Shown in pieces: positions 11,738-20,365 of a stretch of DNA of 64,000 bases. This DNA is from Candidatus Poribacteria bacterium (lineage in GTDB: Bacteria; Poribacteria; WGA-4E; JAJDTR01): assembly GCA_965222225.1 (NCBI GenBank), contig CBDCTK010000002.1, positions 2,752,001 to 2,816,000 on the forward strand, given 5' to 3'. Position numbers and translations under genes: made by a program. Position 1 is the stretch's first letter. Every line of letters begins with the position of its first letter. A model generated the notes under the pieces. It had not been told where the DNA came from. It saw only the letters and a list, made by a program, of their open reading frames with translations, and made no database searches.

Positions 11738-12820
11738 CTAAGCTTCGTGGGACGTTACCGCTAACGAACGGCTCAAATAATCGCGATAGTCTTGTGCCTT
11801 GGTGTGACTATGCACACCAAGAAAATCATTCAGCGGTAGGCTCCCTAGCAGTTTCAACTCGTTGGATATCACTTGGCAATCTACCGGCGATTCCTTCTTC
11901 CAACCCCCGATGATCGCCCGCTCCAACGGCGAAACGCCATCAAGTCCTTTGGCATCCCTTTGTCGTTTGAGGTCGAGATTAAGCACATAGAGATTGACAA
12001 AATTGGCGTTCAAATAATCAATCGTCGCCTTATCGCCGAGGACAACTGCCCTCAAGATTTTTCCGCTTCCTCAGCACGACTCGCCCATGAAGGTACCATC
12101 CGCCGAAACAACATGGATAGGACGATCAAGCGCTTTTGCCATCTCTGCTGCCTCTTCCAGCGTTACCCATTCAATGGATTGCGCAGGATAAAACTGCCTC
12201 GCTAATCCAAGTCGTGCCTCTTCCATGGGGATTTCTTCGGAGTAAGCCAACGCTTGAGTGACTTCTTCGCCGACAGTCATCTCAATTCGGCAAACACCGC
12301 ATTCGGTGACGGTGAGTTCGTCATCCCGTTTCCTGTGGGCATCAAAGTTAAGCGTGCTCGGTGGAACGGACATCTCAAAATATATCAATTCCTCCAAGCG
12401 CCGGTCAATAATCAGGGTTCCAGCAAGTTGAGAGGGTGTAAACTTCCCATCCTTGAACGTGAACACCGTGTGGATGCGGAACACTATCTCAGCGTAGTTG
12501 TCGTTGAATCCGCGAAGGGATGCCCACTGGCCTATGTCCTCATGATTCCACAGTTCAAGTTGCGGCTCTTCGGCGAGTTGCTTCAATAGCTGAAGTGCGG
12601 ATTCGGGGTCGATTTTCCAGTGTTCGCCGACAGAGACCGCCTTCCGCGGGAGAAAGCCTTGAAATGTCGAGGCGGGATAGTTTCTTTGTGCTTCAACCTC
12701 TCTCAGCGTCGCAAGCGGCTCCCAGTCCACATGAAAGCCGGCTGTAGTAAACGTAATTGGGGGAATAGATGCGTTAACGGAAATCGGCTCAGGTCCATTT
12801 AGCTCAAGCTAAATTTTCAT
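11738..12820 (-). pseudogene. Selenoprotein N-like protein, copy C (Sec UGA at 12071-12073; premature TAG at codon 4)
   Basis: ATG AAA ATT TAG CTT GAG at 12820; ORFs 12071-12730 and 11738-12055 join in frame through GESC-UGA-GSGKILRAVVL. Confidence 0.85.
12032..12058 (-). promoter_or_regulatory. Putative bacterial SECIS element (copy C)
   Basis: ATC-TT-GAGGGC-AGTT-GTCCTC-GG-C-GAT hairpin; loop begins 24 nt after the UGA. Confidence 0.75.
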
Positions 12821-12854
12821 TGTTTTTTCCTAAGAATCATTCTTTTTGCTTCCC

Positions 12855-13084
12855 GCGCAAGTCCTAACATAACTGGCATCCTCTTTTCCGTCTAGCGGAA
12901 CAGGAGTGCCGATATAATAATCAAAAGTCTCTCACTTGTACACAATTTCGGATGCACTTTACAACTTTCTCACATCGGATGCTGCCAGGCGAACACAGAC
13001 TCTTTTGCATTCGGTCTAGCTCGCCAAATTCACGAATCGCCAATCAATTGACGACACACCTCCCGTTACTTCGTGCAAGTCCTA
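12855..13084. repeat. Duplicated intergenic segment of the tandem array (matches ~14196-14425)
   Basis: Near-identical gcgcaagtcctaacataactggcatcc...cggatgcactttac...cccgttactt.gtgcaagtcctac. Confidence 0.9.
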
Positions 13085-14160
13085 CACTTCTGGAGGCGTT
13101 TCCGCTAACGAATGCTTCAAGAATTTACGATATCCCTGAGCCTCGTTGTTAACGTTCTCGTCAAGAAAATCATTGAGCGGTATGCTCCCTAGCAGTTTCA
13201 ACTCGCTAGAAATCACTTGGCAATCTACGGGTGAATCCTTGTTCCAACCGCCGATGATGACGCGTTCCAAGGGCGAAACGCCATCAAGTCCTTTTATGTC
13301 CCGGTGCTGTTTGAGGTCAAGATTGAGAACCCAGAGGTTAACAAAGTTGGCGTTTAAATACCCAATCGTGTCTTTATCGCCGAGGACAACTGCCCTCAAG
13401 AATTTGCCGCTCCCTCAGCACGACTCGTCCATGAAGGTGCCGTCCGCCGAAACAACATGGATGGGGCGGTCAAGCGTTTTTGCCATCTCTGCTGCGTCTT
13501 CCAGCCTTACCCATTGAATGGATTGCGCGGGGTAAAACTGCCTCCCAAGCCCAAGGCGTGCCTCTTCCATCGAGATTTCTTCGGAATAGGTTAATCCTTG
13601 GGTGACTTTTTCGCCGGCAATCATGTCGATGCGACAAACACCGCAATCTGTGATACCGCGATACTCATCGTAGTTCTTAATAACATCAAAGTTCAACGTA
13701 CCGGGAGGAACGGACATCTCAAAATAAGCTAATTCCTCCTGGCGCCGGTCATTGTTAACCGACCGGAAAACTGTGAGGGTGTAAACCTTCCATCGTCGAA
13801 CACTAACACCGTATGGATACGGAACACAATCTCCGCGTAATCGCCATTGAAGGCGCGAAGCGATGCCCACTGTCCTCCTTCATCATTCTGTAATTCCAGT
13901 TGTGGCTTTTCGGCGAGTTGCGTCAGTAGCTGGAGTGCGGCTTCCGGGTCAATTTTCCAGTGTTCGCCTACAGAAACCACCTCTCGCGGGAGAAAGCCTC
14001 GAAATGTTGAGACCGTATAGTTTCTTTGCGGTTCAACCTCTCTCAGCGTCGCAAGTGTCTCCCAGTCCACATGAAAGCCAGCTGTAGTAAACTCAATTGG
14101 CGGAATGGATGCGTTGACTAAAATCGGTTCCGCACCGTTTATCTCAAGCGGTATCTTCAT
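13082..14160 (-). pseudogene. Selenoprotein N-like protein, copy B (Sec UGA at 13415-13417; 1-nt deletion near 13752)
   Basis: FSGRLT-AT-DRRQEELAYF frameshift relative to the other copies; DESC-UGA-GSGKFLRAVVL. Confidence 0.85.
13376..13402 (-). promoter_or_regulatory. Putative bacterial SECIS element (copy B)
   Basis: GAGGGC-AGTT-GTCCTC at the same offset from the UGA as in the other copies. Confidence 0.75.
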
Positions 14161-14422
14161 CGTTTATTCCTAAAGAATTATTCCATTTGCTACTTGCGCA
14201 AGTCCTAACATAACTGGCATCCTCTTTTCCGTCTAGCGGAACAGGAGTGCCGATATAATAATCAAAAGTCTCTCACTTGTACACAATTTCGGATGCACTT
14301 TACGATCTTCTCACATCGGATTCTGCCAAGTGAACGCGAACCTTTTTGCTTTCCGTCGAAATAGCCGAATTCACGAATCGCCAATCAATTGACGGCACAT
14401 CTCCCGTTACTTTGTGCAAGTC

Positions 14423-15505
14423 CTACGATTTTGGGGACGTTTCCGCTAACGAATGCTTCAAGAATTTACGATATCCCTGAGCCTCGTTGTTAACGTTCTC
14501 GTCAATAAAATCATGGAGTGGTAGGCTCCGGAGCAGTTTCAACTTGCTAGAGATTACCTCACAATCAACAGGTGAATCCTTATTCCAACCCCCAATGATG
14601 GCGCGTTCCAAGGGCGAAACGCCATCAAGTCCTTTTATGTCCCGGTGCTGTTTGAGGTCAAGATTGAGAACCCAGAGGTTAACAAAGTTGGCGTTCAAAT
14701 ACTCAATTGTCTTCTTGTCGGCGAGGGCACCTGCCCTCAAGATTTTTCCACTTCCTCAGCACGACTCATCCATGAAGGTGCCATCCGCCGAAACAACATG
14801 GATGGGACGGTCAAGCAACTTAGCCCTCTCTGGTGCTTCTTCCAGCTTTACCCATTCAATGGATTGGGCAGGATAAAACTGCCTCGCTAATCCAAGTCGT
14901 GCCTCTTCCATGGAGATTTCTTCGGAGTAAGCCAACGCTTGAGTGACTTCTTTGCCGGCAATCATCTCAATTCTACAAACACCACTCTCCGCGGCCCAGA
15001 AACCTTCATCGAATTTCCTACCAGCATCAAAATTCAGCGTACTCGGCGGAACAGACATCTCGAAGTAAGCTAATTTCTCCAAGCGGCGGTCGATAATGAG
15101 ACTTCCGGCAAATTGTGATGGCGTAAAAAACCCATCCTTCCACGCAAACACGGCGTGGAAGCGAAACACAATCTCCGCATAATCGTCATTGTAGGCGCGA
15201 AGTGATGCCCATTTGCCTTCGTCATCACCAATCCGCGGCTCTAGTCTCGGATTTTCAGCGAACTGCTTTAGTAACTCAAGCACAGTCTCAGGATCAATTT
15301 CCCAATGTTCACCCACAGCAACTGCCTTCAGCGGCAGGAAACCACGTAGGGTTGAGATGGGGTAGCTTTTCTGCGATTCTACCTCTCGCATCGTTGCAAG
15401 CGACTCCCAGTCCACATGATAACCGGCTGTAGTAAACTCGATCGGGGCAATGGATGCGTTGACTAAAATCGGATCCGGTCCATTTAATTCGAGGTGAATT
15501 TTCAT
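14423..15505 (-). CDS. Selenoprotein N (SELENON)-like selenoprotein, copy A, intact, 360 aa with Sec at UGA 14756-14758
   Basis: In-frame DESC-UGA-GSGKILRAGAL. Flanking motifs (IVFRFHAVF, FTPSQFAG, EEISMEEAR..L....YP, YLNANFVNLW) match SELENON motifs as I recall them (VMFRIHAEF, FSPAQFTG, QELSWEEAAR, DQSCUGSGRTLR, LLNESFISTW). Confidence 0.9.
14720..14743 (-). promoter_or_regulatory. Putative bacterial SECIS element (copy A)
   Basis: GAGGGC-AGGT-GCCCTC perfect stem; the G-U pair of copies B and C is G-C here. Confidence 0.78.
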
Positions 15506-15650
15506 CGTTTTCCCCAGTAACTTGCCTGACCATTCAAAGCGCAGGGAATAACGATCAAGCAAGCGCACACCGAGTGCGATAGAAATCCCTCGTTAATCCC
15601 TATATACGAATTAGACCTTGCTTTTTTGTTCCTTTCTATGAATCAGGCAA

Positions 15651-15678
15651 GTAGGGGACGCAGATCTGCGTCCCCTAC
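15651..15678. repeat. GTAG-type REP palindrome
   Basis: GTAGGGGACGCAGATCTGCGTCCCCTAC perfect palindrome; variants at 36729, 42975, ~7990 and ~42740. Confidence 0.85.
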
Positions 15679-15800
15679 TTGCTTGCTGAAGTGCGTAGGT
15701 CCTACAGTGTTTCCAAATATACACAATTTCGGATGCACTTTACGGTTTTCTTAAATCGTCAATGATAATCGGTTTCACTCCGTCCCAAACTCAAAATTCT

Positions 15801-16625
15801 TCAACCCCTCCACTTATCCAACCCCAGCAGCTTCCTCCCCAACGGAGTGAGTTTTGCGGTCTTACCCTCCCCGTTTTCCTTCTCCTCACGCTCGCCGGTA
15901 AACCCTGCCCCGCGGTTGCGCCACCCGTCAATCCGTTTTGCTCGGGCTTCCTCGCTTTCCTCTTCGGCGGGAAACATCGTGATATATTGCGCCACGCGAG
16001 GTTGGTCGGCGCTATTCGGGCCCGCCCCGTGAGGCAAACTGCTGTGCCAGATTATCAGATCCCCCGCCTTCCCCGCAATCGGCTCTGCGCCCAAACTTTC
16101 CAAGTCCTGCTGCTTCGGATCGGCATCCTTCGGGAGGGATTCCAGCCACGCTTCCATCTTGTGATGAAACCCGGGCACGCAGGTGAACGCGCCCTGATTA
16201 GCCGCCGTGTCCGTCAGATACAGCACGCCTTGCACACCTAATTTAGCTGGCGGATTAAAGGGATTTCTATCCCAATGCAGCCCGGCATCCGTACGGTTCC
16301 AATTCGGCGGACGATTGGGCGGACTCATGCTTGCCCGATCAAAGCTTACCCACAACTGCTCCGTATCCCAGATTTCGGCAAAGGCTTGATGTACGCGCGG
16401 GATTTGACGATTGTCCCATAGCGCTTGATGCTGGTAAATCTCCACCATGATACTGGAGCGCGGCGGGTCAGGATACCAACTCTCCCTATCCTTCGCATCC
16501 ATCTCAAGAAATTCCCAAACCGCGGCCTCAGCCGCTTTCGTATTCACCGGTGATACCGCGTCATGAACGACAACGTAACCATGCTCTTCCCAGAAGGCGC
16601 GGTCTTCCGCACTTAAAACGGGCAT
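15801..16625 (-). CDS. Phytanoyl-CoA dioxygenase (PhyH) family protein
   Basis: FWEEHGYVVV, LHWD, VQGVLYL, GAFTCVPGFH, AGDLIIWH..LPHG. Confidence 0.9.
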   Translation of the reverse strand: MPVLSAEDRAFWEEHGYVVVHDAVSPVNTKAAEAAVWEFLEMDAKDRESWYPDPPRSSIMVEIYQHQALWDNRQIPRVHQAFAEIWDTEQLWVSFDRASMSPPNRPPNWNRTDAGLHWDRNPFNPPAKLGVQGVLYLTDTAANQGAFTCVPGFHHKMEAWLESLPKDADPKQQDLESLGAEPIAGKAGDLIIWHSSLPHGAGPNSADQPRVAQYITMFPAEEESEEARAKRIDGWRNRGAGFTGEREEKENGEGKTAKLTPLGRKLLGLDKWRG

Positions 16626-16805
16626 AATCTCTCCTCTTGATAGGCACCTAAAGCGATAACATGAAGGTTGGTACGCAGTGGTGATCCTCGACTACCGATT
16701 CAAGGCTTGTCTTTGCCAAGTTCGGGGCTGTCTGAACTCGGTCATGAATCGAACAACGACCAAAGTTTACAATCTACTGAACCCGATTACAACAGTTTTT
16801 TGCGC

Positions 16806-16833
16806 TTGACATAACCGCCGTTTGCCGTATAAT
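16806..16833 (+). promoter_or_regulatory. Sigma70 promoter of the pfkB operon
   Basis: Exact TTGACA-N16-TATAAT. Confidence 0.8.
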
Positions 16834-16918
16834 GTGCAAAATTTCCGCGCGGTGAGACGCGGCAATTATGCCGTCATCACCTACTCGCAGGCGGATCTGC
16901 TGAAAGGTTTGTAGAGAC

Positions 16919-17833
16919 GTGAAAACGCCCGATTTGGTTTGCATCGGTCATGTCATTTCCGAGACGATTTACTTCCCGAATGCCGTCAAGGGACCATTCT
17001 TGGGCAGCCCTCCCGCATACTGCTCCGTGGCGGCCTCGCGTCAGAACACCAAGACGGGGTTATCCACGAAGATTGGATCGGACATGCCGCAAGGGTTGCT
17101 TCAACCCCTAATTCAAGCCGGGGTGGATGTGACCGGTATACAAACAACCGATCGAACCACAACCACCGAGCTGATCTACAATGAACATGGGCACAAGGAG
17201 ATTCGCTATCCGACCAAGGCTTCGCCAATCACCGTTGAAGATATACCGAAATCATACCACGGATGCCGGTTGATCTATGTGTGTCCAATGGATAACGATG
17301 TACTCCCGGAAGATTTGGCGGATATCGTGGCGCTGGGAGAAGTCAGCGCTGTCGACCTCGGCGGATACGGCGGCGTTCACATGAGCGTCGCCAATCGCGA
17401 AGCCACTGCCTCTCTCGAAGACCTTGCCTGTGACGTTGCCGAGCACTTCGATATCGTCAAAGCCTCCGATGAAGATGCCGCGACCATCTTCGGATGGGAT
17501 AATCCGAACGAGGCGGCACAGCGGTTGCTGGATCGCGGGGCAAATGTCGCTGTCATTACGCTCGGTCCAAAGGGAGCGCTTGTCCTCACACGGGAGAAGC
17601 GTTGGGAGGTCCCACCGCTGTCGGGAAATGTAACGGACACGACCGGAGGCGGCGATACCTTTATGGCGGGCTTTTTGTCGGAGTATCTCCGCAGCGCTGA
17701 TCCGCTCAGAGCGGCGCAATGGGGGTGCGCTACCGCTATCTGTGTCATTGAGCAAAGCGGCGGCGTCTCTTTAGAGCGTATGCCGACACATAAACAGGTT
17801 GAAGAGCGCGTACATCTTGGTTATCATGAGTAA
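16919..17833 (+). CDS. PfkB family carbohydrate kinase
   Basis: VITLGPKGA and DTTGGGDTFMAGF signature. Confidence 0.93.
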   Translation: MKTPDLVCIGHVISETIYFPNAVKGPFLGSPPAYCSVAASRQNTKTGLSTKIGSDMPQGLLQPLIQAGVDVTGIQTTDRTTTTELIYNEHGHKEIRYPTKASPITVEDIPKSYHGCRLIYVCPMDNDVLPEDLADIVALGEVSAVDLGGYGGVHMSVANREATASLEDLACDVAEHFDIVKASDEDAATIFGWDNPNEAAQRLLDRGANVAVITLGPKGALVLTREKRWEVPPLSGNVTDTTGGGDTFMAGFLSEYLRSADPLRAAQWGCATAICVIEQSGGVSLERMPTHKQVEERVHLGYHE

Positions 17834-17858
17834 CGCCAGTTATTGAAAAGGGGAAAGA

Positions 17859-19034
17859 ATGTCAGACGTAAGAATGGGAGTTGTCGGTTGCGGCAGCATT
17901 GCCGAAATCGCACACCTGCCGTCAATCACCCAACGCAAAGAGGCGAAACTGGTTGCCGTTTGTGATTCGGATGACGATCAGGTAAAAGCAGCCGCGGCAA
18001 AATGGGGGGCTGAAAGACATTTCACCGACTACCGAGCGATGTTTGAACACGCAAAACTCGACGGTGTCGTGATTGCAACCCCAAACAACCTGCACCGCAA
18101 CATCGCGGTTGCGGCAGCGCAAGCGGGCGTACATGTGGTGGTTGAAAAACCTCTCGCCGTCACGAATACCGAAGCATGGGACATCGTCAACGCCTGCAAG
18201 GAAGCGGGCGTGAAGCTCATGGTCGGCTGTGACCGCCGATTCTGGACGCATAATCAGTGGGCGAAGCAACTCATCACGGAGGGGATCATAGGCAAGCTGC
18301 TGATGAGTCGAGGAAGCCTTCATGAACACTGGTACAATTATCAGAATCACGTTGCAAGGACGGAGTTTCGCCTAGACTGCAAGGTTGCCGGCGGCGCTGC
18401 CCTGAACGACACCGGCGCCCATGTGATAGATTTATTGACGTGGCTCAACGACAGCAAGGTCAAGCGCGCGGTTGGCGTCGCCCGACGTTTGGCGATGCCG
18501 GAAAGCTACACACTCTGCGATGATACCGCGCTAGTTATGGTCGAGTTCGAGAACGGCGCGGTCGGCACGGTCAGTTGCAACCGATTCTCGCCTGCTGTCA
18601 ACCAGATGACCGAACTGTGCGGCACGGAAGGCACAATCTTCACCGCCACCGATGCCACCAACCCCTTCCAGAGCTGGCCCATGGCGGTGTATACGAACAA
18701 GGACTTTACCGTAGACACCCTGCCCGAAGTGCTGAGCGATTACCGTTGGCCCGAACTGTTCTGGGTGGAGGATATTATAGATGAGCACGTCCGTAAGCGT
18801 TGGATACCCATCTGTCCGCCGCGCCGACCGAACAATTATGAGCGAATGACCGAGCACTTCTTGGATTGTATCATTAACGACAAGCCGCCGTTGATTAGCG
18901 GCGAGGATGGAGCACATGCCGTGGAAGTCATGTGCGCGACGTGGAAGAGCATGGAAACCGGTGCGTGGGTCGATTTGCCGCTCACCGAGGAAGTGACACC
19001 GCCATACTACGAACCGCTGCCGAAGGAGGCATGA
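17859..19034 (+). CDS. Gfo/Idh/MocA family oxidoreductase
   Basis: GVVGCGSIA, HVVVEKP, GGAALNDTGAHVID. Confidence 0.93.
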   Translation: MSDVRMGVVGCGSIAEIAHLPSITQRKEAKLVAVCDSDDDQVKAAAAKWGAERHFTDYRAMFEHAKLDGVVIATPNNLHRNIAVAAAQAGVHVVVEKPLAVTNTEAWDIVNACKEAGVKLMVGCDRRFWTHNQWAKQLITEGIIGKLLMSRGSLHEHWYNYQNHVARTEFRLDCKVAGGAALNDTGAHVIDLLTWLNDSKVKRAVGVARRLAMPESYTLCDDTALVMVEFENGAVGTVSCNRFSPAVNQMTELCGTEGTIFTATDATNPFQSWPMAVYTNKDFTVDTLPEVLSDYRWPELFWVEDIIDEHVRKRWIPICPPRRPNNYERMTEHFLDCIINDKPPLISGEDGAHAVEVMCATWKSMETGAWVDLPLTEEVTPPYYEPLPKEA

Positions 19035-20026
19035 ATTCCATGAAAGACGTGCTAGTCACCGGCGCCACCGGATATGTCGGACGTGAACTTGTGCGGCAGC
19101 TCTTGGAGATGGGGATAGCGGTCACGGGGCTCGGGCGAACCCGATCCAAAGGGAACATCCCTTTCATCCAAGCGGATCTGACCGATGCCGAGGCACTAGA
19201 CCGGGCTTTGGACGGCAGTTCATTCGATTGTATCATGCACCTCGCCTCACGGCCCGGCGATACCGGCAATCCGCTGCAGATGGTCGAACTGAATATCAAC
19301 GGCCTGCAGAACCTACTTGAATACGCCCGCCGCGTCGAGGTGAATCGGTTTGTACAAGCCAGTAGTGTATCTGCTTATGAGTGGTATCCGGGAACAAAAT
19401 TTAATCCTCCCGATTACATGCCGGTGGATGAAAATCATCCGTGTCGCCCAAAGGATATTTATTCCACCACCAAGCGGATGCAGGAGGAGTTGGCGCTAAC
19501 GTATTACCATCAGTACGAAGTCCCGACGACGGTACTGCGGCTGACAGCCGTTGTTGGCCCTCACGGACAGGGTGGCGGGCGTGGCTGGCGCGAGATCGCC
19601 GCTCAACTGGCTGAAGGCGTGAAGGTTCAAATACCGCATTTCTCGACCGAGGAACTTTGCCACTACGTGGACTATCGCGATGTCGCCCGAATGCACATCG
19701 CTGCCGGGGAGCACCCGGGCGCCGTGGGCGAGATTTTCAATTGCTGCGGCGCCAGTCCCACCCGAGGCTCGGAATTTGTCGAAATCATCAAAGGCATCTT
19801 GCCCGATATTGAGGTGGAGTGCGGCTTTCCTTGGAGCATGGCACAAGGGGAGGAGGTGTCTTTCGATATGTCCAAGGCAAAAACCCTTATCGGGTTTGAA
19901 CCTGCCTACACATTGGCAGACAGCATCCGGAGCATCAAGGATTGGGTTGATGCCGGCGGGCTGACGGCGGAAGCGTCCACCGGCGACGGATCCTTCAGTG
20001 CCGGGGTTGAGCAGTCGGAGAGATAA
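19031..20026 (+). CDS. NAD-dependent epimerase/dehydratase
   Basis: AAGGAGG RBS with ATGA overlap at 19031; VTGATGYVG; YSTTK. Confidence 0.92.
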   Translation: MNSMKDVLVTGATGYVGRELVRQLLEMGIAVTGLGRTRSKGNIPFIQADLTDAEALDRALDGSSFDCIMHLASRPGDTGNPLQMVELNINGLQNLLEYARRVEVNRFVQASSVSAYEWYPGTKFNPPDYMPVDENHPCRPKDIYSTTKRMQEELALTYYHQYEVPTTVLRLTAVVGPHGQGGGRGWREIAAQLAEGVKVQIPHFSTEELCHYVDYRDVARMHIAAGEHPGAVGEIFNCCGASPTRGSEFVEIIKGILPDIEVECGFPWSMAQGEEVSFDMSKAKTLIGFEPAYTLADSIRSIKDWVDAGGLTAEASTGDGSFSAGVEQSER

Positions 20027-20191
20027 TTCCTCGTTCTCCCTCGTTTTGCATCTTACGCTTCACGAATTACGCAGCATCTTTCCCCACCCCCAAAATCAAT
20101 TTTCATTTGCCATCCGCTCAAACAATCGTGTACAATTTAGCGCCAACTTCTGAGAAACCCGTAACTCAGACACATCGTTAGCATTTCATGA

Positions 20192-20267
20192 TCTCCCGTA
20201 GCTCAGTTGGTAGAGCAGGTGGCTGTTAACCACTTTGTCGGCGGTTCGAATCCGTCCGGGAGAGCCA
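20192..20267 (+). tRNA. tRNA-Asn(GTT)
   Basis: Acceptor stem TCTCCCG/CGGGAGA, D-arm AGCTCAGTTGGTAGAGC, anticodon GTT, GGTTCGAATCC, encoded CCA. Confidence 0.97.
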
Positions 20268-20365
20268 TATTTTTTCCGATTGCCAACGTGGGCAACCCGT
20301 TGGCTAACACAAGACCCCGAGAGGATACCCCATCGGGGTCTTGTCGTATCTGGGGTTTTTTCAAC

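Noticed and set aside
12071-14758. UGA as Trp or Gly (genetic code 4 or 25), or as a true stop between two genes
   Set aside because: TGA terminates many normal genes in this window. The read-through UGAs occur only in the SC-U-GSG motif with a hairpin, and the downstream ORFs start at TTG inside that hairpin.
20207-20365. N-terminal extension of the 956-aa ORF and the antisense ORF 20186-20446
   Set aside because: Both overlap tRNA-Asn; they are artefacts of the ORF caller.
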